64,000 nt of DNA from Takakia lepidozioides. Lineage: Eukaryota > Plantae > Bryophyta. The notes under the pieces were generated by a model. It worked only from the letters and a program-made list of their open reading frames with translations, searched no databases and was not told the origin of the DNA. Made by a program: the position numbers and the translations under genes. Positions 1 through 14,180 of this stretch are shown piece after piece. The number at the start of each line of letters is the position of its first letter. The first letter of the stretch is position 1. The stretch is taken from positions 13,330,001 to 13,394,000 of the forward strand of contig CM060731.1 of the NCBI GenBank assembly GCA_030704615.1, written 5' to 3'.

Positions 1-706
1 ATGGCAGTGCGATCCCCGGCACAGAGACTGTGCAATCGGTTCGTTCTCAGGTTCCTAATGTGTTCTCGAAAGAAAAGGCCTCTCGGTGTATGCAGGACGC
101 AAATAAATCCCCTATCGTCAGCATAACAGTCCTAACAGTGTGGGCGAGCAAACCAGCTTGTCAGCGCTCTTCATATTTTTCTTGTCCTGTCAACAACTAC
201 TGGTGAAGAATTGTGATGTTTGACATGATTCTGCTGGCCCCCCGCTGGCCCTGCGTTGTCCAAGCACACTGTACTTGGTGCTCATTGATGAAATGCGCAG
301 CATGCAACGTCAGCTAGGTTCAACTGATCAGTCAAGACTCGCTTGCGTGCGATCAGGTGTAGATTGCACAGCCAACTTAGACACAGATACTTACTAGTAC
401 CGACCATCGTGGATATGAAAGTATATCATGCCCAGTGTGTTTGAACCCATCAACTTCTGCTAGCCTGATTTGATGATACATGTGAACTCCCAAATAAAAG
501 CAAAAAAAGTACTCATCGTTACGAATAAGTAGCTCATGAGTCTGCCTTGGTGCTGCAAGGAACTGACAAGCAGGAGGCGCCTCAATTCGTAGGAATGCCA
601 GCCCCACCGGTGATAACTTCAGTCTAACCAAGCACCCTGCAGCGATCTGATCAAAGGTAGGAAAAGTTTCTATGGTGAGCTACTGGTCTCGCTACTGGTG
701 TTTCAG

Positions 707-804
707 GATGATGAGTTTGCAAGTAGCACCGTGATATCAGAGTCTCGAGCGCAGCACGCTACGCTCGAGACTACAACATCATGGTGTTCTCGAAGCTGAT
801 TATC
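707..804. ncRNA. Imperfect ~100-nt fold-back, candidate MIRNA precursor or tiny MITE
   Basis: 5' arm GATGATGAGTTTGCAAGTAGCACCGTGATATCAGAGTCTCGAGCG pairs with 3' arm CGCTCGAGACTACAACATCATGGTGTTCTCGAAGCTGATTATC, including G:U pairs. No expression evidence. Confidence 0.3.
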
Positions 805-2266
805 AAGCATGCAGAGTAACGGTATTGATGCTGATGATTTTAAGAATTTACTATATATGGCAAGTTTCTCCCCTCTCCCGAGACTCTCTATGTACCGTGA
901 CGTCCCCAGCTCAGCTACATAATACTTCTCCTGGCCAGTAATCTTTACTTTGCTTCAACTTGAGGTGAGGAGACATATGGTGGCGTGTGTGTACTGCGCA
1001 CTGATGGAGCCTACACCGAAACTTCTTTACAAGTCAACAGCTAAGCGCAACACACCAAAATATAGGTGGCTGAAGAGGTTCATGGAAGAAAATGGGCTTG
1101 ATGAGAGTGACATCTACGCCCTAAGGCCCAGAGATGGCGCTGCGAAGCGGACGATTCTTCATAAAGAAATTTGGATTCTTTGTCACAATTCTTGGAGAGG
1201 AAAAACTTGCTGTGAACAACGGCTCTGCAGACGAAGACCTGAATTGTTCCATCGAGATGCACGAATTCAGTCAGAGGCAAAGGCAAACAACATTTGAAGA
1301 TCGCGTGTACCAATTCCCTCCAAAACTAAGTGGGGTTCATTTCGAACACTTGGGCGGCCCCATTCGACACTGTACTGAGGTGTTTGGGGCGTTGTGGGTT
1401 CTATCTTTTTCTCACCCTTTTGGTAACAGATTTTGGCTTCTTTATTTAGAAACGCTGGTATGGGATTAAGGCATAAGAACAATCCTAACTGGAGACACTG
1501 TAGGTCGATTAGGAATGAGAAACTTAAATCTCAGATGGTGTTTAGTACTCTTAAGCGCAAGCACTGATGATTGTTAGGATTCTCTTGATTCTCTTGTTAG
1601 GATTGCATTGTTGGGTGCTGCCTTGCCCCTGCTCTTCCTTACTGATTTGGCTCTCGCTGCCTCTACTGTGTTTGCCATCCTTTCCTAGCTCCTTTTCCTG
1701 ATTACTTGGATATAGGCAGTGTCCCTGTTGTAAGCCTTCAAAGCGTCTGTGTGGTTATTTTCTCCAAGCGCCTGTCCCCTGGGAAAAAAAATAAAAAATA
1801 AAATGTAAAAGCAGTGTTATAATGCTTCAAAATCTCTTGAATATCTTGTGTATCTTCATTGTGAAGACTTGATGTTCAATTTGGCTCCTTGGCTAGCATA
1901 TATCATACATCAATTTGCAATCTGGTATTGGATTGAATAAAATTTATTCGCATGGATATTACTATGGTGGTACTGCACAGGAGGTCACACTAGATAGACA
2001 GAAATCCAGAGATTTTACATACTGACAAAAGAAATCCAGTATGGGCCTCTGTCCCTTTTCTCTTAGAAAGGAAGTCAAAGAAAGCCTGCCCTTTCACAAA
2101 AAAAATGCCCTAGAGGTAGTTCTTCACTATCACCAGGACGATAATATTCCTGCAAGCACATAGTGTCCTGTGTAGAGATATGGAATTGAAAGCAGAACAG
2201 GAATCATTGTAGTCCATATCATTGAAGCTTGTTGATGCCTAGGACAATGTGCCAACTTTTCCACGC

Positions 2267-5200
2267 CTATGAGAATGGAACAGGAAATGGGAAATAGACC
2301 AGCAACCCAAGAAGTAAAACAAATACACCAACAGCTGTGTGCTTATCAGTAAGAGGTGTTATTTCGTCAGCTTGAGGTGTAATAGGTCCCCTTTGTAGAA
2401 ACAGAACAAGCACCACCCAATACAAAGATACATCATTGAAGATGCCGGCTAATCCCAAGAGTGCCACAGATACTCCATTTATGCGCGACCATACCTGCCA
2501 GCAGATAAATCAAGAATCACATTCAAGATCCCTTTGGATCAGTTGTCGAAAGGTTCCAACATCTGTGCAGTGGCAGAATATAGTAGGATTTTCTGTATCT
2601 GAAGTGAAAGTCTCCTCTCTCCCAAAACTCCATAACTGGTTTCAGGAGACTTGACAAAAGAAATCACTAGAGTGCAGGTCATTCTGAGAAGTCACTTTTC
2701 ACGGCCAGCTATTACATGTCTGTCGCGTGTTCATGTTCAAGTTAGGGTAGAATGGACCACCTTTCTTCCCCAGAGGGCCTGCGATATGCGTCCCCCATCA
2801 AGCTCGCCAACTGGGATGCTGTTGATGGCATTAATAAGGAGTCCTGACCATGCTGCCAATACCAGTGGGTTCACCACTAGTTGGCCCCCCTCCTTTAAAG
2901 CATCTCCCAGAACTACCTTTGCTGAGGTATTCCACATAACAAAACAGGTTAAGAGTTAGCAGACAGAGAGAGTTGTAGAATGTATGAAGACAAAAAGGGT
3001 GAACAAATATGACTGACTCTATCTAAAATGCTGCCTCAAACCAAAGATGTAAAATCTCTATTCATCGCATGGCCAGATCTGTTCCAGTTCACAATACAAT
3101 AAATGTGCGTTCTGCGAGAGAGATGGATGTGGCTTTAGATGATAGACCCTGTGGCCACTTTGGACAGAGGAATAGCTGGGAACGGGGATGGAGTGCCGAA
3201 AGATGTGGATGGCTACCTCCATTAGTGGGATTGCATGAATGGATAAACTTGGTCCTGCTCTTCCAGAAATTGGAACCAGTGTTTTGTGTATAAAGTAAAA
3301 GAAAGAATTTAATTGCGTATGGAGGAGGCGAAGAAGGCCCATGGGACACACTAGAACTCTACAAAGGAGGAAAACCCAATGACACTGGGAGACAGATTTC
3401 CTCATCAAACTTTCCTTGCCTCTACAACAACAACGAACCCACCTGGAGAGAGAGACAGAAAAAGAACGATGGGAAATTTGAACCTTACCAAGACCACCTA
3501 CAAGAAGAGACTCATGGAAAATAGAAGTAGTGACGAGTATTCCCTGGCCTTCACTGGGAGGTAGCAAAAGGCCCAGTGACACAAGGGAGAGCCCGAGTGC
3601 AGCGCCTGCTAAGGGACCTGCAACAGCCACCTCGAGCAGATCTTGACGCTTTGGCAATATGTTGATTATACGTGTTATCCCTCCGAAAGTTCCAAGCTGT
3701 AGATAGCAACATTTCAAGCAATAACAACATTTAATTTTTTTTTGGAAAGAGACCATTTCACTGCTGTAGAGGCACAGAATATATAACATTCTTACTACTG
3801 CAAGTTAGATGAGGCTGACTCGTGCACTTGATCTAATGTCTGTTTGCCATTTGACACATGATAGTACAACACTTCAAATGTTCATTGCATGGATTTGGGA
3901 TACTGACTTGGCATTTTGAATTGTGAGGATTGTACTGGTTGAGAAGCCTTTGTTTTACCAAACCTGCTTCCACTTGTTTAACAAAGCTGGGATTTTTGGG
4001 ATGATGTACTTTTCCCGCTGTGGCACAGGCAGAGCTCATGAGAGAGCTGCTGAGTCACACTCCTCACCCACTAACAAACAGAAATGAGCATAGTCTTGGG
4101 GCAAGAGAATGCATGAAGACATGACCTAAGTGAACACATTATCATAAGAGACCGGAGACTCAATGTTGAAGAAAGGGTAGCTTGAGCTGCTTGCAGAAGT
4201 CAGCCTGATATGGGCACGATGAAGACGATTCAGCAAACATGAGAAGGAGAGGAAGATAACCTGCCAACTGGGAATGAAATATGGAAAGCTGAGCTTTGCT
4301 CCCACTTTTTGGGCAGCGTAAACATGGCCTGCCTCATGTGCCAAGAGGACTGCCACTGTTACCAGCGCCCCAGATAAGCCATCTGCTAGAAGTGCCGGGT
4401 TTGCAAGGGCAGGACTACAAAGAACCACCAAACTATTAGCAATCTTGCTCTTGCTCAGTTTCAGAGGCTCAACCAAAGCTGCAGCTATGACCCTTCTTGC
4501 ATTCGAGATCTGGATAAGTTCACAAGGTCCAACTACTGCAATCAGCCTTCAGTGACAGTACTGGACCCTAATCCACGCCCCTATTGTCACCCTCTGTCCC
4601 CTAATAACTGGGCCCCATCTACAACAATAGGAGATACATGTATGACGAGAAGAATCTAATAAATAGCCTTTATTGTTTTCTTGCAAAGCGTAGGAACTTG
4701 CAAACTGCGACACAACTAGAATGCACCTTCCCTAGCACCAGAGCTGCAACATGGTGCCGGGATAGACTGCAACGACAATTAACTAAATGGTGTAAGACTG
4801 CTGCCTATAGAAACGATTGCCGAGGATAATCAGGTAAAATTCACTGGGGCTCGGTGGCAACCAATCTTACTACTGGTCAGTCAGTGATGCGAGGTTGAGG
4901 CTCCACCAGTGGTACATGTGGCACACAGTTACCTCCAAATGGGTCTTAGTTCATTTTACCCTGGAAGTCTTGATTACAAACATCCCCCAATGAGAAGCCT
5001 TGTGTTTGTCCTGGCAGATTTGGCTAAGACATGTAAGTACGTACGCCGCAGCATGGTGCCGAGGGTGACTTTGAATTCCTGCTTATTGAGGCCATACATA
5101 GAGGAATAGGTGCCAGCAAGCTTACTACCCCTGGGGTCAGCGTTTGGGCAGTTGCTCTCTACAGAAAAAACTGCCAATTGGCACATTCTCAGGTGTAAGT

Positions 5201-8200
5201 TGGCTAGCTCTAGGTATGTCTGGCTGTGGTGACGGCATGCACAGAGCAGTACCTGTCCAAATTAATCATCCCTCTGGATTCAAATTAGCTTTTGTGCAGA
5301 CGTAGACTTACAGGAAGTTGACTTGCAGGGCAGGGGAGTTGTGGAGGAGGATGGTGAAGACTGTTACAAGCCCAAAGGCTCCTGCTGCAAACCACTCTGG
5401 TACAGCTGCACCCACATGGCCATGCAATATTAATAAGAAAAACCTTCTGTAATGTTTGCTTCCCTATTCAAATAGCTCGCTGAAATGGCTCTAAACTCAA
5501 CCATTTAATAAATGAATTTTGCTCTCCTCTTCAAAGTATTCATTGGTCATAAAAGGTTAACACTGTAACATGATCTGCATCTCTTTCTTTATGTGCACTA
5601 AGGCTACATAATTAGCAAGCTTGAATCGCCATCTTGCTTTGTAGCCTGATGCCCATTCCAATGCTCTGCAAATTTGTGCATATGCAGGAGTCTTAGGGTC
5701 CCTTAAGGGTATGTCATTGCCACATTCACAGAAAACTGTAAGTAGTGCAAAGCAACAATGCTCGTAGTCGTAGAATCCTTCCACTGACCATACAGAAATA
5801 ATTTCTTCCTTCTCTCGCTTCGCCAAGCCACCCTCACCTTCCAGAAGAGACCCCTCTCTCTTGTCCCCTCTGCTGTGTATATATGTATGCCAATTGATAA
5901 TGCTCTACACACTGTTACATCAATATGGGTGAAGAACAATCGAGAAAGAAATCTTACGGGCCGTATCAGGCTCAACAGACTCTTTTGGAACCACAATAGC
6001 CACTGGTCTGTCATCCAAGGGATTTGTCAGCAGGAACAACTTATACTGGTCTGCATATTTATCCTGCAGGTAGCATCAGCGACTACATTATTCCACAACC
6101 TGGTTTATTGCCAGAGTGACAATTGCCGTACAGCATATGACGTGACTACAAAGTCTTGCACACTAAACAACGGCCCATGTCTTTCCTTGGGGGAGACCAT
6201 TGAGTTTTGAGTCCCAAAGGACTTCTCTTAATCTTCTGCAATAAAAAGCAGCTTTAAATTACACTCAGTAAGCGACAGACGTGTAGAGCCTTCAAATGAA
6301 GCTGGTTAACAGTAAAAGATGACCAACAAGAGTTGACATTTAACGATTCCATTGGTCCCAATCCTAAACCTACGAAAATACCGGGCACAGATCAGGCAAC
6401 CATGCTAATAACGAGGGGGAGGAGCCTTTAACTGTCCAAATTAAACCTTGAATGCTCATAACTACATCTGTATCACATCTGCTCTTGATTGCGACCAACA
6501 AACCATAATCCCGTGTGACATAGCTATTTGACTTGCTATTATAGAGACCACCTCCGAAAGGAGACAGTAGCCGCAAGGTGAAGTGATTTTTCTTAACACT
6601 GGCTTCAGCCGAAGTTTTTTTTAATGATAATAAATTTTAACTTGCTAATATTACAGGTTTGCAGTGAAGTAGCAACATAGCAAAACCACCAAGTGTCCAT
6701 ACCCGCAGGCGTTGTGAGAGCTTTGAGTAGGTTTTGGCAGAATCCCCTCGCAGGTTGCCCTTAAAGATCACTCCTCCCTGCTCGCATGTCCAATGCACCA
6801 TCCCATACCATATTATTACAATTTGCAAGAATCCAACAGATCCCAGTGGTTAGGCCACAAGACAACAACAGAAGAACAGTGACAATTCCCAGGTTGCTTG
6901 CTCACCTCGTAGGGTTCCTGACCTGTGACAAAGAACGTATCAAAGCCGAAGACTTGGTTTTGAAGTACATCAAGCACCTCCTTGGGAAGCCTCACCACCT
7001 CACTAGGGGGCTTAAGTCAACACATCCACCAGCCACCCCCATCACCCCATACCCAACATCCCATTACTGCATTAATGCATGGTCAAATCATTTGGGAAAG
7101 ACCAGAGAGTCTAGGCAAGTGAGTGTGCACAAAGTTGTCTCAAAGCTCAAATGTGCCTGGAACATATGCGTCAAGTCAAACATGGTGAAGGTCTAATCAT
7201 GCAACAGTTACATGCACACTGGCATTGGTCTATGAACAGGTCAAAACACATCGGGTCCTGTCAAGGTGAAAGGATTTCCAGCCCAAGGTGAGACCCTACC
7301 AGGTGTCTGACAAGCAGAAGAAATGTGGTCATGAAACATTCTGCCATTTGCTTGCCCAATTATATGGAAATACCCCTGAACACTACAAAACTAAACCGAG
7401 TGTCACAAGATGAGTTACAACCCTTCCTTGCAATTCTATCTTTGGCCCCGAGTCTATAACCAATATAAGGAAGGACAATACTTTCAAATAAAAAGCAGAT
7501 GAAAGAAAAGGGGAATACCTTCATCCCAGGAAGAGGTGACCCACTAGTTAGTTTTTCTTGTTCCTGCCAAAAAATCAAGCTCTGAGACTATACAGTTTTT
7601 GAAACAGGGTAAAAGTTTAACAGTGTAACAATAGGTTGCAGTGAAGGAATAACTTGCCTGCAACGGTAAGTACTTTGGAGAAGATGGATATACAGAGCAA
7701 GCCAACCTCAATGCAACATCTCAATCAACATTCTTCCGATTCTTGCTTAGGATAGGGACAGTCTATTGTGATTTGAAGCTAGAACTCCTGAAATACTGGA
7801 GAATCCTTTGGGTCAATAGGCGAGGAGAAACAAAAGAAAGAACGAACAAAGAAAAGGTACCAGGCCTAAACCCCCGCAAGAAACCTCACACAGAGAAGTT
7901 TTACTAATTTAAGTATGGTTGCCATAGCCTGTCGACAAACTTCAACCTATACGGAAAGAATGAAGAAAGAAAGACACGTTTATAAGGTCCAGAGAGCAAC
8001 CAGGGCTAATGCAAGAACCATTAGTGTGTGTGTATATGTTCGCATGATTAAATGAAACTGTACAGTTCTGTCCACCATTGCATGCCCTGGTTGAAGAGAA
8101 CGTGAATCAAACATACACAGTAAGAAAAGATACCTTGTTCAACCCGGCGTGGCCATTTGGGCCTTGAGCAGAATTATCAATTGCTTCGGCTGCAGTGGAT

Positions 8201-10125
8201 TCAGCAGCATCCTTTCCTACCCCCTCATTTCTGTTAACCCCCTTCTCCTGTATCTCAAAGACATTTCACAACAAGGTCTTTGATGTCATTGTCTGCAACA
8301 AATACAGAAATACAAGAACAAGTAATCAAAGTCAGTTAGCTACAATGAAGGCTATTAAAAGCAACGATCACATTCATTGTGGCAAGCTAAAGTAGAGCCA
8401 AAATCTGCAAATGATACTTCTTTTGTTGTCTCCTAGCTAGGGTAATTCCTGTTGAGTTTTTCAGCCAAAAGGGAGGAAATGGCCAATCCGTGAATGACCA
8501 CACAGTCCATGACCACAAGGCTTTGGCGATTATATGTCCCTGCAACAACTGTCATTATTGCTATGAAAAACAGTTGACAATCTAAGTTCAGCTGAAACTG
8601 CACAAATGGTACTGCAGCATGTACCTGATCATGATCCTCTTCCTTTCCTCCCTCGGATGCTCGGCACGGTAGCCATTTTCTACACATCACGCAATGACAA
8701 TGAGCTGAATTAAGGGATAAATCAGCAGCATTGTCAACTTGTCTGGCCCGAGTACAATGCAACAGAAAACAGTGGGCCTGTAGCAGTGCCTACTCCAACC
8801 TTTCCCCACTGCACTCCAGCCGAATTAGCTGGATACTTTCACTTGGGTTAAAATGACTCTTTAAGGACGTCTGTTTGGCTTGTCCGGTAATACAAGCCTG
8901 CCAGAAGTCATATAAACAATTTGCGTGATGACATCTGTAGATACACTACATTGAGCTCCACCTCAGCTCTTGCCTGCTTGTCTTCCAAATGAGAAGAGTG
9001 GCCAGGGCTTCTAACCACATAGGGAAGGGGCCAGGTGAGGCCACTTCACTTGCTTTAGAGGGTAGGCATACTCAGATTGAAAAGGAAAGAAAAGGCATAA
9101 GGGAAGCCTTTATGCTGCCTTATGCTTGGTGTGGAATGTTGTTGAGAGTAAACACTTGTTTGTGCTATTCTCAAGGAAGACGTTAGGATCTGATCACCAG
9201 CGGCAACCTTGCCATTGCTGACTCCTTTGACAAGAATACACCTTCTGTAACTCTTCAAGCCTACCTTGAAATAGGTAGATGGCTACATGGATTTACTTTG
9301 ACACTATGACCTCCGAGTGGCTCAAGGCTCAACTATGCCTACATTGAGCAATTTGAATTCAAGAAATGCTTCAAATAACCAATCCCCACCTGCTGAGCTA
9401 TGGCTTTTCTCATAGCTGCAATTGACTCCTACAGAGATTCTACCAAAAGTATTCTAGTATGAATATGTGGACGTTTCTACTCTACTTTTGGAAGGACTTA
9501 GGTCGAAGCCTTTCTTGCATATCATGGGACCTCATCAATTGCAAGATTTGTAAGCATCCATATTCACAAGTCTGACTTTTGCAGGAATTGTGCGGTTTCT
9601 ATGTAAATGCTAGCACTTGTCTAATTGGAGGAGCTGGATCATGTCCAGATGTATGATGTCGTCAAAACAGGACTAGATCCAGATGATCTAGGACTGGACA
9701 AGTCTTGACATGAGTACACCATATACTCTCTCTCTCTCTCTCACGCTCTGTCGAATTCCAGGACTCTTCGCATTAATCAGAGCAGAGCAGAACCATACAA
9801 ATCCTTGAAGCAAGCACACATTTTACCATGTTATCAAAGATCCTTCCTCAGTCCATTAGAAGGATACGCGCCACCCAGTACAAGCATAATTTGCTTTCCC
9901 ATGATAGAAAACCAACCTCCTGTCACTCCATTTAACAGCACCATTCACGCGATGAGTTGATGCTGCCAAAAACCGAGAGAGTTCCCAGGGTCTAGAGAAG
10001 GCACTCCGTCTTCCCGACAAGCCATAAAAGCGCTGCTTGTCAGAAGAAACATGTTTAGGGCTGGAGCTCCATAGCGACAAGCTGTGTGACAGAACTGGTC
10101 GAGACGCCAGCACCAATGGACTCAT
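2267..10125 (-). CDS. EGY2: Plastid intramembrane zinc metalloprotease, peptidase M50/S2P family, EGY2-like; 12 exons, ~517 aa
   Basis: GT-AG exons read by hand with consistent phase (1554 nt): 10125-9917, 8679-8625, 8247-8134, 7563-7519, 7010-6906, 6777-6703, 6063-5958, 5405-5312, 4414-4261, 3696-3489, 2921-2761, 2494-2267. Ser/Arg-rich transit-peptide-like N-terminus. Motifs VFGFDTFFVTGQEPYE, GGVIFKGNLRG, HEAGH (HExxH), PYFIPSWQLGTFG, AVAGPLAG, NSIPVGELDGGRI. Confidence 0.92.
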
Positions 10126-11171
10126 TTCTCGACTTAAAACTTGAAATGGACTCCAGAGCTCATATGGAACTACACATTCAAACACCACGCAGTGCACATG
10201 CACAACAATCGCAGGACCGGAAGCTCAAATCTCGAAAGCTGTGGTTCCACTTTCACTCTCAAGCAGACGGTTCTGTACGTCCCGGGGGAAGGACGGGTCC
10301 CGGATAGATACGATTGCCACGTGTTGAACTAGAATTCGCCAAACCCACGGTTAATGATCTTAACACGTGCGCTATTTCTTCGGTCGCTGGATTGTGGCCC
10401 GTGATTTCATAAAGGCGGCGCAAAGGCGGCTATGGCTACCGGACAATGAGAGCTTGAGATCATAGAGCTTGAGATCATAAGAGCTTCCGGGATTTGAAGG
10501 AATCCTTGCCAAGTTTCGCTGGTTAGGACAAACCTGCAAGGTTTCTTAATAAGAGGGAGTTCAGATTGCTCATAGCAGTATGAATTGTGATTACGTAGTT
10601 CAAAGCAGCTCATGCGGGTGGAGCATCAGCAGCTTGCAGAAGTGGGAGGGGGGGAGGGGAGGCACTGGTTCCTGCTAAGATCCTTCTCTCAAGAGCGGTG
10701 TCTGAAGAACAAGCTGCTCGGTGGAGCTTGTATATGCTAATGATTATGTAGGCGAATCATCTCATACCATTCCCTTTTAAATCCCGCACAAAAGATCCTA
10801 GAAGATTCGTCACCACAAAAGCTGGGGTAGCTTAGAGGAAGTACCCGGTGACTCGTGAGCAATCCCATGGCATAACTCATTACACGTCTGGTATATGATG
10901 GCAGAGGAGGCTGTTCAACACTCTTTTTATTTAGGAATGAAAAAGCCTAGTATGTACACTCCAGAGTACAAAAGGAGCAACATTGAACAAATGCTGTCGA
11001 CTGCGTTACAGAAACAGCGAGGAGTGAAGAGATCGAATCAAAGTGCGTTTAAAACCCACACTAGCTCCAAAACCCGTGCAAATAGAAGGCTATGTCTAGG
11101 CTATATAGTGTGCAGCTGATTTGCCCGAAGTGTTCGGCGACCTCTCAGCTCCACACTGACTTGGTACCGTC

Positions 11172-11384
11172 CAGGGCAGCCCATCTGATATTTTCACAGA
11201 AACAACAGAAGATGGCTCCTCGGGTTCGAAGGGGGAGGGAGGCGACACTACTTGGCCGATCTGCTTGGATCGCAGGGCAGCCCATCTGACATTTTCGCAG
11301 AAGCAACAGAAGATGGCTCCTCGGGTTCGAAGGGGGAGGGAGGCGACACTGGACTGGAAGACTTGGCCCGATCTGCTTGGACAT
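11172..11384. repeat. Tandem duplication, two copies of a ~101-bp unit just downstream of the small minus-strand gene
   Basis: CAGGGCAGCCCATCTGA(T/C)ATTTTC...GGGGAGGGAGGCGACACT starts at 11172 and again at 11273. Confidence 0.85.
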
Positions 11385-11423
11385 CGCACCTTTCAATTTT
11401 AAAAGGGACCCCGCAACGCATAG

Positions 11424-11642
11424 TTATAGGGTCGACAACCTCATTCCCCCAGTTGGAAAGTAATTGACCACAATGGGCACCCTTGACTTCACCCTTGGAG
11501 GCTGCTCTTTGCTGTTTCTGGCCCTGCTGGGAGGTATGCTCTCACTGTCGGAGGACGTCGGAGCTGGACTTGGGCTAGTGCGTGAAGATCCAAACAGCCT
11601 TGGCAAGCAGCCCAACTGCTTCGTCGAATGGGGATTCGCCAT
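11424..11642 (-). CDS. Small Ser-rich protein A (72 aa) with C-terminal PIVVNYFPTGGMRLSTL
   Basis: ATG at 11642, single exon. C-terminal motif shared with the ORF at 30247-30570. TATA-like TATAAGTA ~250 bp upstream. Confidence 0.6.
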   Translation of the reverse strand: MANPHSTKQLGCLPRLFGSSRTSPSPAPTSSDSESIPPSRARNSKEQPPRVKSRVPIVVNYFPTGGMRLSTL

Positions 11643-12648
11643 TGCTTCTTCGCCAGAGACTGCGTCAGTCTTCGACGTTGGAGATTCTATGCTGCTCACA
11701 ACACTTATCAACACGGCGACAGTAGTATTCGTAGAAGTTCGTGGAAGAGAGACCTGTGTATTCTGTGTGCGATCTACCTAGCAAGTCGGAGTGATGAGAA
11801 CATCAAATGCGAGGGAGAAATCTCACAATGGCTAATCCGGAAGCAGATATATTCCAGAGTGTGTGACTTTGATGAGAGAGTTGGCTCTCAAGCGCTACTT
11901 ATAGGGCGAGGTTTGAGACAAGGCTTGTCGATGAAGCTTCCTTCAGATGCTAGGCCCCACCAGACTGGAAGAAGAAAAAGACTTCCTCAACAAGACTCGT
12001 CAAGACTTCCTCGTACCAGTTTTGGGCATTCACTATTTCCAAACCTAACTAATTTTCCAGCTCTTTGACGGTGAGGTAAAAAGAAAGAATGTTTCCGCTT
12101 GTAGACTTTTTCAGTAGCCCCTAAAAACGCTGCCCTAACTTCTGGCCACTGGAAATTACCAGACGCAATACAGCAAGTTTATTTTGGCCTCTCAGTGCCT
12201 GGAAGGAGCAGCTCAAATGACATTGACCATTCGTTTCATGATCTTTCATGGTCTATGTGTAAAGGCCACTTATGGGTATGTGGGGGTCGATGTGGGCTCG
12301 AACCTGCCTCCAACCCACCATAATGGATTATTCCCCAACGCTACTGGGGCCTCTCATCAGGTAGAAATTTCATGTTCAAACGTTCAAACATCCTCCTCCT
12401 CAAATCCGAGAGAGTCAGCAAACAAAATCCATGCTAATTATGTAAGTATTTGTGTGGGCGACACACTTGGTCAGTGAGCTCAGGCTCACTGGCCCCTGGG
12501 AGTTCCGCAAATTTGAGTACCTATGCTGGATTTTCAAACGCTTTTGACCATGGGCTCACACTCAGAGGTCAGGCGTGCAGCTAGTACCAGGCAATGAATG
12601 CTGGGATATTCTAGGTCATAATGTCAGATGCCAGCCTCTAATAAAGGA

Positions 12649-13645
12649 GGAAGATAATAGGAATAATGTAAGAACTTAATGCAAGCGCGTCAGGACGGTC
12701 CAACCCTGACACCCGTACAGCAGCCGGCTGGGCTCGGTCAATCCCTCCCCACCCCCGCCCTCATCCCATCGGCGTCGTCGCCCCCTGCGTCGTCATTCTG
12801 CGACACCAGTCCGCCGCTTCCAGCAGTCCGCCAGTTCCCTGTAACCCCGCCTCGGGTTCAACCATCACCCCCATGTAACCCTCTGTAACTCCGCCGAGTG
12901 TAACCCACATTACCATGTAACCCTTTGTAACCCATATAACCCCATGACCCTCTGTAACCCATGTAACCCTCTATAAACACCGCAGAGTGTCACCCCCACC
13001 CCTATGTAACCCTCACTACATGTAACCCTCTGTAACCCGTACCCTGTTATGTAACCCTCACTACCCCTCTGTAACAAACCCATGTAACCCTATGTAACCC
13101 TCTGTAACACCGCAGAGTGTCGCCCTCACCCCTTATGTAACCCTCACTCCATGTAACCCTCTGTAACCCATGTAACCCTCTGTGACCCTTTGTAACCCTC
13201 ACCACCATGTAACCCTCTGTAACACCGCAGAGTGTCACCCTCACCCCTATGTAACCCTCATTCCATGTAACCCTCTTTGACCCTCAACCCTCACCACCAT
13301 GTAACCCTCACTCCATGTAACCCTCTGTGACAATCCCTCACCAGGTGTAACCCTTACCCATGTAACCCTCTGTAACACCAGTGTCACCCTCGCCACCATG
13401 TAACCCTCGTAACCCTCACAAACCCTCTGTGGCTGTAACCTATGTAACCCTCTGTAACACCGTAGAGTGTCGTCCTCACCCCTTATGTAACCCTCTGTAA
13501 CCCATGTAACCCTCTGTGACCCTTTGTAACCCTCACCACCATGTAACCCTCTGTAACACCGCAGAGTGTCACCCTCACCCCTATGTAACCCTCACTCCAT
13601 GTAACCCTCTCTGACCCTCTGTAATCACCACCATGTAACCCTCAG
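12649..13645 (+). repeat. Left TIR plus subterminal (TGTAACCC)-core satellite array
   Basis: Dozens of TGTAACCC/TGTCACCC units with recurring blocks such as TGTAACACCGCAGAGTGTCACCCTCACC; inverse of the right arm. Confidence 0.92.
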
Positions 13646-13851
13646 TATCACCGCCTCGTGTACATCATACACGTGTAAACTATCCGACGGCCGAATGGAG
13701 GTTTAAATAGAGGCCGAAACCCTAATTTGCTCTCTCCATCCGTTTCCAGATTCTTAGCTCGCTCGTTTTTTTGCTTTGGGGCATCAGCTTTCTGCAATTC
13801 CCATGGTGCCCAATCGGCTTCACACATCAATGCGAAAGATTTGTAGTTCAT

Positions 13852-14180
13852 TCAGTTCAGTATCGTCATCCCAGCAACATACAAGACAACGCTTTCCGCG
13901 CAACGATCCGTCAAATTATTACTACGGTTTTCTCTACGATTGATACGGTTGTCTCTATTCTTTTTCTTTCTCAATGTCATTCTTGTTGTTTTGTCACCGT
14001 CCCCGATGGCTATGGTATTCCTAAGATCCGCATTAGGAAAGGGTTTTGTTTCTTTCGGTCTAGCCATGCAAGCAGCCGCTCATTTGACGGGGTGCCCATT
14101 CACTCTCCTCTCGTGTATCTTTTGTTCACACACCAGCCGGGGCAGCCTACTCATCGCTTATGGATGCAATACGTATCGAA
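13852..14180 (-). pseudogene. Degenerate inverted copy of the zinc-finger exon of the element's Ulp1 gene
   Basis: Minus-strand AACMARPKETKPFPNADLRNTIAI matches plus-strand AACMARPKGTKPFPDAELKHAMAV near 15210. Confidence 0.6.

Noticed and set aside
950-1469. Overlapping plus-strand ORFs of 115 and 111 aa
   Set aside because: No recognisable domain or splice structure; possibly a pseudogene fragment, but I cannot support a call.
3058-3789. 243-aa ORF as a separate gene
   Set aside because: It is one EGY2 exon (3489-3696) read through flanking introns.
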